The notes under the pieces: generated by a model
Database searches by the model: none
What the model was told of the DNA's origin: nothing
The model's input: only the letters and a program-made list of their open reading frames with translations
Translations under genes and position numbers: made by a program
Source: an archaeon
GTDB lineage: Archaea > Asgardarchaeota > Heimdallarchaeia > Hodarchaeales > S146-22
Reading direction: 5' to 3'
Length of the DNA: 16,922 nucleotides
NCBI GenBank assembly: GCA_024276395.1
Contig: JAJRXH010000099.1
Location: 1-16,922 of the forward strand
In this document: positions 8,509 through 15,506 of the stretch, piece after piece
How the letters are laid out: every line of letters begins with the position of its first letter
Numbering within the stretch: the stretch's first letter is position 1

Positions 8509-9726
8509 TTACTTGTTCTTTTGAGGTCCAACAGAAGGCTGTTTCTTGCTAATATCTTTCACAATTTGCATGAAAGGTAATACCATCTGTGCTATGGCCT
8601 TGTAAGCCTCCTGTCCTTCTCCTAATAGCATCATTTGATCGACTTTAATGTTGCTAAAGACTTGTGGAAGCACTTCTAGGGTCTTGAGTTGAATGAAACG
8701 CTCGTCCGCCTGTTGTATGGCCTTGACTTGCTCCATCAAACCTTCAGCTTCTGCAATGATTCGTTGTCGAATCTTGGCAGCTTCACCCTCAGCCTCAGCC
8801 AAAAGCTGAGCTTTCTTGGCTTCAGCTTCTCTCATAATTCTTTCCACTTCAACTTCGATTTCCTGTTTCACACGCTTGAATCTTTCAGCCTCTGCTTCGA
8901 TTTGCACTCGCTTGCGGACAGTTTCCGCTTCTACGAGAGCTCGTTCTTGTTCTAATCTCGCTACTTGAATCTCTCGTTCTTTAGATTTCTGTTCAATTTT
9001 CAACTTAACCTCTTGCTCTGATAAACCAGTTTTCTCTCTCACTTGCAAGTCACGAAGCCTAGTAATTTCTTCCATTTCTGATCGAGAAAGTCGAGCTTTC
9101 TTCTCCTCTTCAATCTTTTTAATGGCTTCAAGGTTTTCCTTGAGATTACTGTCCAATACTTCAACATCTCGAATTTCAACACTCTCTATTTCAATGCCCC
9201 AATCACCGACCAAATCATGGAGTTCACTCGTCACGCGCTTGATGATTTCTGCACGTTCGCGAATGATTTTCTCGATGGGCATATTTGCACAAGTTGTTCT
9301 AATGATGGACTCTGTAGCATTTTTGAGAACTCGTTCAATGTAGTCAGGCGCTGTTGGATCCCAATTAACTCTTCCGAAAGACACCTCTGGATCCGTAACT
9401 CTCCAATAAATATAGGCAGTTAAAGCTACATCCTGGTACTCATTTGATACTACTTGTTCTCGGGCCTCAAGTAATGTTTGTTGTACGGTCGTAGGAATCA
9501 CGACAATCTCATCGATCAAGGGCAATAGTATCAAGGAACCACCAGTCTGTGCCTTTCGGATCCTACCATTCCGAAAATGAATCACGAACTGATTGCTAGT
9601 ATACTTGCGGTACCGAGACGCTAGAAAGACGAAAAAAAAGACAAGGAGTATGCCAACTACAACAGCAGCACCACTCACCATGGGCAATAATTCTTGTTGT
9701 GCTATTATTAGATTTCCGATAGGCAT
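8509..9726 (-). CDS. SPFH/band-7 (flotillin/stomatin-like) membrane protein
   Basis: N-terminal TM segment 'VVVGILLVFFFVFLAS', SPFH-like core 'ILLPLIDEIVVIPTTVQQT...VVSNEYQDVALTAYIYWRVTDPE', long Glu/Ala-rich coiled coil 'EIEVEVERIMREAEAKKAQLLAEAEGEAAKIRQRIIAEAEGL'. SD 'GAGGTG' 7 nt before the ATG. Confidence 0.92.
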   Translation of the reverse strand: MPIGNLIIAQQELLPMVSGAAVVVGILLVFFFVFLASRYRKYTSNQFVIHFRNGRIRKAQTGGSLILLPLIDEIVVIPTTVQQTLLEAREQVVSNEYQDVALTAYIYWRVTDPEVSFGRVNWDPTAPDYIERVLKNATESIIRTTCANMPIEKIIRERAEIIKRVTSELHDLVGDWGIEIESVEIRDVEVLDSNLKENLEAIKKIEEEKKARLSRSEMEEITRLRDLQVREKTGLSEQEVKLKIEQKSKEREIQVARLEQERALVEAETVRKRVQIEAEAERFKRVKQEIEVEVERIMREAEAKKAQLLAEAEGEAAKIRQRIIAEAEGLMEQVKAIQQADERFIQLKTLEVLPQVFSNIKVDQMMLLGEGQEAYKAIAQMVLPFMQIVKDISKKQPSVGPQKNK

Positions 9727-9937
9727 TCATTTACACCTCATTCTTTCATTTTTTTGATATGATCCACCAAATGATCAAAGTTGTTTTTACCATATCATCA
9801 CACAATTTTTTCGAGGAGATGGCGGCAACAGATAAGCGTCATCTCACCCATGTTTTCCTCTCTTGCTTTATTAGGATTAATTCATGTTCATAATCTCCCA
9901 AATTGATCATAATGACACTGCTTGCATCACACTTTGA

Positions 9938-9960
9938 TGGCAAAAGGTGCTATTTTGCCA
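9938..9960 (-). terminator. 8-bp perfect hairpin downstream of the NfeD-like gene (possible 3'-end or processing element)
   Basis: 'TGGCAAAA ggtgcta TTTTGCCA': 8-bp stem, 7-nt loop, 20 nt beyond the stop codon (9981-9983). Confidence 0.35.
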
Positions 9961-9980
9961 ACACGAGTGTGCTATCTCTC

Positions 9981-10610
9981 TCATTTCTTACCAGTAATCG
10001 GCCATTCATCAATTATTAACATGGATCCGACTTTATCAACGATATATGCGGTGGATCCTCTTGGAATTCGATGGCCAGTTGTCCGTGCCGACATTTTTAT
10101 CTGCTTGTGAGTTGTTCCAGTGCTCACTCTCACGATACCTCCTTTTTCATCGACATCTGTAATGCAATATACTTCATCATTAATTCTTACCGTCTGAGAG
10201 GGGATGGGTTCTCCACTAGTTGACCGAGAGATGGAACCCCATAATCGTGCCGTTCCCATCGTGACGAGTAATGGAATGCCAACCACCACTCCCAAACGAA
10301 CCATGGGATCAAATGCTTCAAACCAATACACGATCGTCCCAAATCCACCAAAACTTAGCAAAAATACACCAGCAATCAGAAAGAGTGGTGTAGCGCCATC
10401 ACCACCATGCGCATCGTGAATGTCACCACCAATATCATGTGCGCCGCTCACATCCACATCCCCATGTACATCAAGATCTGAATCCAGATCAAAAACATGC
10501 ATTCCAGAAAAAATGATGGTCATAAAGAACAAGATGAGACCAATTATGAGCATGAACACAGCAGCATAAAAAATCCAATATTCCCACATTTCAAGTGGCA
10601 ATTCAACCAT
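9981..10610 (-). CDS. NfeD/YuaF-like membrane protein with C-terminal OB-fold-like domain; partner of the flotillin-like protein
   Basis: Hydrophobic TM segments 'WIFYAAVFMLIIGLILFFMTIIF', 'PLFLIAGVFLLSFGGFGTIVYWF' and 'MVRLGVVVGIPLLVTMG', then a beta-rich tail 'GEPIPSQTVRINDEVYCITDVDEKGGIVRVSTGTTHKQIKMSARTTGHRIPRGSTAYIVDKVGSMLIIDEW'. Located directly upstream of an SPFH gene. Start codon ambiguous: ATG 10610 or TTG 10601. Confidence 0.82.
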   Translation of the reverse strand: MVELPLEMWEYWIFYAAVFMLIIGLILFFMTIIFSGMHVFDLDSDLDVHGDVDVSGAHDIGGDIHDAHGGDGATPLFLIAGVFLLSFGGFGTIVYWFEAFDPMVRLGVVVGIPLLVTMGTARLWGSISRSTSGEPIPSQTVRINDEVYCITDVDEKGGIVRVSTGTTHKQIKMSARTTGHRIPRGSTAYIVDKVGSMLIIDEWPITGKK

Positions 10611-10881
10611 CCTCCTATGATTTATTCTTCATTAACCTCAAGATTAGTAGCAGCATCGTTTCAGCTATACCATTGCTAGTGTCATCTTAAAAAGATTTGA
10701 TTGCGGAAGTAAATACGAAATTAGAGATTCATTCACGGTAGAGACAACACTTAAAGCCTCTATTTCAAGCGATATCACCATTTTATTGGCATTCTGCCCA
10801 TCATGAGGTTAATGACGAATGAACGTGTTCCAGTCCATCACGTGCCATCCATCCATCAATGATTATTCATGGAGCTACATT

Positions 10882-10891
10882 CTTATATAAA
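10882..10891 (+). promoter_or_regulatory. Archaeal TATA box for the MFS transporter gene
   Basis: 'cttatataaa' about 25-34 nt before the ATG at 10916, with no SD, consistent with a leaderless or near-leaderless transcript. Confidence 0.65.
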
Positions 10892-10915
10892 GATGCGCGA
10901 CTATCGTGATGTGCA

Positions 10916-12928
10916 ATGAAAAGCAACGAAATCGAATCCAAGAATGGTGTGGAAATCATCATCTTGGCATGTTCCATCATATTCTTCGCCGCTGCTGTTT
11001 ATGGAGTCCAAAGAAGCATTTTGAGCATTCAGACACAACAAGATGTCAGTTTTACTAAATGGGTTCTAAGCGGACTTTTTCTTTCCGCAGCTGCCTCATT
11101 GATTGGATTTGGCTTAACAAAAGCCGCAATGGGAACCATCTCGGGAATACTTGTCGACAGGTCAGGATTCTTTAAAGTTGCCTCATTAGGTGCGACCTTG
11201 TTCGTCATCAGTCCGACACTAGCCTCACTATGGACGAATCCACTCATCACGACCTTTAGTAACCTTCTTTTAGGAATGGGTGAAGGAATATTATACACTG
11301 CGGTTTCCATTCAGTTAGGACAAATGGTAAGCTCACGGAAGCGAGCTACGATGATGAGCATCATGGAGCTTTCAATTTTTTTAGGCTATTCAATCGGAGC
11401 ATTAACCCCTGGGATTAAAGTCATCCATGATACTCTTAATCCATTCCTCATTGCCAGCATCTTTGGAGGACTAGCCGCAATTCTCACTTTCAGCATCAAG
11501 TATTTCCCTTTTACTCACCAAAAAAAATCGAAAAAAAACCGTATTAAGAGTAGATTTAGTCATGATTTGAGCTTAAGCAAAAATTTAAGTCCAAGATTAG
11601 CCAAGTTATTACCAAGGCTCCCTGTACAACCTGAAGAACTAATCAAGAAAAAATATAGCGGGTTAAAGCCCTTGCACAACCGCTTACTAGTCACGATATC
11701 CCTAAATGGACACGTGTCCAAATTTGCAGATGCTGTAATAGTCTTATTCTTACCAATATTGCTAGTAAATTTCCGAGATTTTTCATTAGCACAAGCTGCA
11801 CTAGTCTCTTCCGCATTCACGTTTGCATGGGCATTAGCAATGCCATTCTCTGGAAGACTGTCAGATACTTTTGGAAGAAAGCCAGTCACCTTGGTAGGGT
11901 TAGTTGGTCAGGCTATTGCAGTCGGCCAAATAATTAGTGGCACGTCGTTTTTTTCTACTCTGAGCGCGGTGGCTTTAATGGGAATCTTTAGTGGTCTATA
12001 TTATCCAGCAAATCCCTCAGCAGTGTTAGACATGACACCGAGACCCGTTCAAGGAAAATTAATGGGAATTTATAGAGCTAGTAAAGATTTAGGATATGTA
12101 ACTGCACCACCCTTGAGCGCAATCCTAGTCTACTTGTCTTTAGTTGGCTTAAAGGATGTCAACCTTGCTATCAAGATGCCTTTCCTAATTGTCCAGATAG
12201 CATTAATAATAGCTGCAACAAACACGTTCTTCTTTGGCATCGAAACTAGACCGGCTTGGTGGCAGTATCAAACCTCTCTTGAACACGCACTAACGTGTCT
12301 TGCTGCTGTAGATGCTGCTGTGGATGGCATGAGAATCTACCTACGAGATTCAGACCATCCTTTTTTCACGAAAAATCCTAAAAATGAAGAAATTGAAAAA
12401 GAAGCAAGAGAAAAAGCCATTGACGCTAAGCATTATGAAGTAATTGCCGATGAATTATTAGATCAAATTGCAATGAGAACGTATCAAACCATTCAAACGG
12501 CAGCTGATGCGCCCGAATTCATAAAAATAGCACGTCGCTTTGACAGAGTAGCTGGACTGAGTGTCGGAGCGACCATGAGACTCAGAAAGATTGAATTCGA
12601 CTTGATCCCAGAATTTCTACGTGTCACGTTGATTCGACAAGCCAAGGGATTACGAGAACTAATGAACCATGGCATCCAAGGACTAGCCTTGTTGGAACAC
12701 GGAATCGACCAAATAGAATATATCTACAAGAAGACAAGAAAGAAAGAGAAACATCTTGATGACATCTACCTTCAAGCATCACGTTACCTATATTCAAAGG
12801 CGGATTATCTCTCATTCGGCACGTGGATGTCCATTCATAATGTCATCGAGATTCTTGAACAGGCTGCAGATACAATTGAAGATGCTGTCGAAGGCATTCG
12901 CATGCTCTCTCTCAAGTATGTCACTTGA
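10916..12928 (+). CDS. MFS transporter with a C-terminal PhoU/DUF47-like helical domain (670 aa)
   Basis: Multi-TM region with MFS signatures 'GRLSDTFGRKPVTLVG' and 'GMGEGILYTAVSIQLGQMVSSRKRATMMSIMELSIFLGYSIG'. It is followed by ~220 soluble helical residues including 'HYEVIADELLDQIAM...' and 'IHNVIEILEQAADTIEDAVEGIRMLSLK'. Confidence 0.85.
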   Translation: MKSNEIESKNGVEIIILACSIIFFAAAVYGVQRSILSIQTQQDVSFTKWVLSGLFLSAAASLIGFGLTKAAMGTISGILVDRSGFFKVASLGATLFVISPTLASLWTNPLITTFSNLLLGMGEGILYTAVSIQLGQMVSSRKRATMMSIMELSIFLGYSIGALTPGIKVIHDTLNPFLIASIFGGLAAILTFSIKYFPFTHQKKSKKNRIKSRFSHDLSLSKNLSPRLAKLLPRLPVQPEELIKKKYSGLKPLHNRLLVTISLNGHVSKFADAVIVLFLPILLVNFRDFSLAQAALVSSAFTFAWALAMPFSGRLSDTFGRKPVTLVGLVGQAIAVGQIISGTSFFSTLSAVALMGIFSGLYYPANPSAVLDMTPRPVQGKLMGIYRASKDLGYVTAPPLSAILVYLSLVGLKDVNLAIKMPFLIVQIALIIAATNTFFFGIETRPAWWQYQTSLEHALTCLAAVDAAVDGMRIYLRDSDHPFFTKNPKNEEIEKEAREKAIDAKHYEVIADELLDQIAMRTYQTIQTAADAPEFIKIARRFDRVAGLSVGATMRLRKIEFDLIPEFLRVTLIRQAKGLRELMNHGIQGLALLEHGIDQIEYIYKKTRKKEKHLDDIYLQASRYLYSKADYLSFGTWMSIHNVIEILEQAADTIEDAVEGIRMLSLKYVT

Positions 12929-12971
12929 TGACCGCATTTTCATAATGGTGCAATAAATCTAGACGACATTT

Positions 12972-13913
12972 CTATTCAGGCATCTCTATTCTTATTGTCA
13001 TGGCCTCAAAAGATTTCCACCTAATAGATCTTGGTCTCAATAGGGGAAGAAGACTAATGACGGAAAGGGTAGCATCATCATACTTCTGATGTCGTAGCAA
13101 ATAATGATCGAGAATCTTAATGATTCCTTTTTTCCAGTTCAAGATCATCCTATCTTCACCACCCTCGAACGAAGAGCCATAATTGGCATCAAGACTATAG
13201 GCACGCAATAACCGTGCTAAAGAATCAATCAAAGTACGAGCATTCTCACGAACGGCCGCACCATCCGTCCCTAGCACGGCAATGATACCATTTCTTGGAA
13301 TCCTAAGTTTTAGATATTCTGGTTCTCCCACCACGCCACTTTCATCAACGAATGAACGGATCACATCATCTGAAGACTGCTTAAAAAAGGGAAAGGTTGC
13401 TTGTTTAATTCGTAATTCTACAATCTCACCGTCATACTCGATAACTGGATAAATTAACAGAAGATCAGAATCCCCAAGATTATAGGCATGGAGATACTGA
13501 GTTCCTTCCAAAACCAGACATAAAAAAGTAGTTGAAGACTCAATTACACCATTAACAGCAATTAAACTAGTTAAGTGTTCTTTTATTAGTGGAGATACCT
13601 TTTCACTAATAAATTGTGTCAAGAATTCATCGACTCTCGAAAAGATGTCAGAAGTTGAGGAATATCTCCTCTGAAATTCATCAGAGACCATATTTACAAT
13701 GATGGAAGAAGCTATATCACCCCGTGTTGCTGAAATACCATCAGCAATGAAAATTCCCGGAATATTGTGGTGTTTTAATAGAGACGCACTATCTTCTCCC
13801 TTTACTAAATTATTAATTTTATAATGAGCATGGCCAAAATACCTAGTTTTCGAATGAGTAACAATCCAGGAAAATTCATCTTCAATCGGTTTTGAATTGG
13901 GATTTAAGGGCAT
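12972..13913 (-). CDS. PP2C-like protein phosphatase (313 aa)
   Basis: PP2C blocks 'KGEDSAS', 'GIFIADGISATRGDIASSIIV', 'STTFLCLVLEGTQYLHAYNLGDSDLLL', 'AVLGTDGAA', 'YDDATLSVISL'. Confidence 0.75.
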   Translation of the reverse strand: MPLNPNSKPIEDEFSWIVTHSKTRYFGHAHYKINNLVKGEDSASLLKHHNIPGIFIADGISATRGDIASSIIVNMVSDEFQRRYSSTSDIFSRVDEFLTQFISEKVSPLIKEHLTSLIAVNGVIESSTTFLCLVLEGTQYLHAYNLGDSDLLLIYPVIEYDGEIVELRIKQATFPFFKQSSDDVIRSFVDESGVVGEPEYLKLRIPRNGIIAVLGTDGAAVRENARTLIDSLARLLRAYSLDANYGSSFEGGEDRMILNWKKGIIKILDHYLLRHQKYDDATLSVISLLPLLRPRSIRWKSFEAMTIRIEMPE

Positions 13914-13945
13914 CTAAATGCCTTCCATGGATATATTTTTCTTCT

Positions 13946-13987
13946 CTTCATCCCGTACGAACTAATCTTCATCCCGTACGAACTAAT
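13946..13987. repeat. Perfect 21-bp tandem duplication 'CTTCATCCCGTACGAACTAAT' x2
   Basis: Copies at 13946-13966 and 13967-13987 with no mismatch, in the gap between the Rab-like GTPase gene and the downstream PP2C-like gene. Confidence 0.95.
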
Positions 13988-14019
13988 AACAAAACTTTAG
14001 AAGATAGAAATGATTAGGA

Positions 14020-14571
14020 CTAATCAAGGATAGACCTAACAAAGTAATCAAAGGCCTCGTTTACACCTTCACCTGTTTTAGCAGAAGTCTCAAAGAAATA
14101 TACGATGTTAAATTCCTTCCTCAATTTTTCAGCTAATTGCTCACCTTCTTCCTTAGAAACAGTTGTTGTTCTCACGGTATCTCTCAAATCGATCTTATTA
14201 CCAATCAGCATCAACGGTATTTTCTTGTTATCATTATTCTGCAACAACTCTTTCGTCCATAAAGGGATGTTTTCGTAGGAATGAGGATTGGTGACATCAT
14301 ATACCAAAATGGCACCCGATGAACCATTGTAGTACAAGGAACGGACTGTAGCGAATTGCTGCTGTCCAGCCAGATCCCATATCTGTAAGCGAACTTCTCG
14401 ATCATCTATCAAGACGCTTTTCACAGAGAAATCTGCACCAATCGTGACCATATATTTCGTATTAAAACCTTCTCCTAGGTATTTCTTCCGTAATGACGTC
14501 TTACCGACTGCCATATCACCCAATAACGGAATTTTCAAAATTCGGCGGAGCATCTTTCTCATCCTCATCAT
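14020..14571 (-). CDS. Rab/Ras-family small GTPase (183 aa)
   Basis: All G motifs: 'GDMAVGKTSL', 'TIGADF', 'WDLAGQQQF', 'YYNGSSGAILVYDVT', 'GNKIDL', 'ETSAKTGEGVNEAF'. Confidence 0.96.
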   Translation of the reverse strand: MMRMRKMLRRILKIPLLGDMAVGKTSLRKKYLGEGFNTKYMVTIGADFSVKSVLIDDREVRLQIWDLAGQQQFATVRSLYYNGSSGAILVYDVTNPHSYENIPLWTKELLQNNDNKKIPLMLIGNKIDLRDTVRTTTVSKEEGEQLAEKLRKEFNIVYFFETSAKTGEGVNEAFDYFVRSILD

Positions 14572-15332
14572 TTGGAATCAGAATCTTTCATGTAGTCTGG
14601 TGCAGGTACATACATCACACCAATCGTTGCATCATCCTTCACTTCCAACTTGCTCATAAAATGTTGTAACCCATCCTCTAAGGAAAACTTCTCCATTCGG
14701 ACACCATGCAAGTGCAACCATAATGACTTGTATATATCTGGATTATTGAAAGAGATACCATCAGTGGCCATGATGAGAAAACTACCCTCTGGAAAAGATT
14801 GACGCACGGCAAGGAAGGTAGGTAGTGAGGAAACTCCCTTTGATGACACGTATCCTTCTAGCTTGCCCCCACGAGAATATGGAATTAAATAACTTGCTGA
14901 TGCTTGCAAATCACCATTAAAATGAAGTATGGTGCCATCACCAAGATAGTATACATAAATGTAATTTCCATCAGTTGCTCCTATCATGACTGTTGTTGCG
15001 GCATCCTCCGATTTCACACCCTCTTCAAGCAAAGCAAACCGCATATTCTGTGGTGCAGCGTACATGAGATCATCTAACACGCTCTCCAGTTCAGCTGGAT
15101 TACCATCATGCGTGATCGCATAAGAAAAAGCTTCATTCATGATCTGAACCATTATACGAGATGCCACTGAGCCAAGTGTCTGGGATACCCCATCACAAAT
15201 GATAATTCCTCGAAGATGACCATCTACCGTTTCAAAGGTACCAACTGCATCGTGACCATGAAAGTCATTTCGCGAATAAGTTGCGATCTTCACTTGCTCG
15301 AGGACGGCAGTATTAGGTTTCATCCAATTCAC
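14568..15332 (-). CDS. PP2C-like protein phosphatase (254 aa), overlapping the GTPase start by 4 nt
   Basis: PP2C blocks 'GHDAVGTF', 'GIIICDGVSQTLGSVASRIMV', 'DAATTVMIGATDGNYIYVYYLGDGTILHF', 'FLIMATDGIS', 'VKDDATIGVMYV'. The track start is GTG 15332; the ATG at 15323 has a better-placed SD 'GAGGT'. Confidence 0.78.
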   Translation of the reverse strand: MNWMKPNTAVLEQVKIATYSRNDFHGHDAVGTFETVDGHLRGIIICDGVSQTLGSVASRIMVQIMNEAFSYAITHDGNPAELESVLDDLMYAAPQNMRFALLEEGVKSEDAATTVMIGATDGNYIYVYYLGDGTILHFNGDLQASASYLIPYSRGGKLEGYVSSKGVSSLPTFLAVRQSFPEGSFLIMATDGISFNNPDIYKSLWLHLHGVRMEKFSLEDGLQHFMSKLEVKDDATIGVMYVPAPDYMKDSDSK

Positions 15333-15506
15333 AACCTCAATGTTGATGGCAAGAATTACAAGTCATGAAAAATCTAGGCATATTTGTTTTAAAACGGTTC
15401 GCGTGAGTGTTACTGAATGATTGCCCATTGAAAAAGCAAGATAAAAAAATCAGATAGGAAGAAAGAAAAAGAATGAAGATAAAAAACACTTATAATTAAT
15501 GAAACA

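Noticed and set aside
9922-10110. 62-aa plus-strand ORF over the 3' end of the NfeD-like gene
   Set aside because: No SD or recognisable domain; overlaps the NfeD OB-like coding region.
11029-12956. Small antisense and alternate-frame ORFs within the MFS gene
   Set aside because: Wholly or almost wholly inside the well-supported MFS ORF, with no recognisable product.
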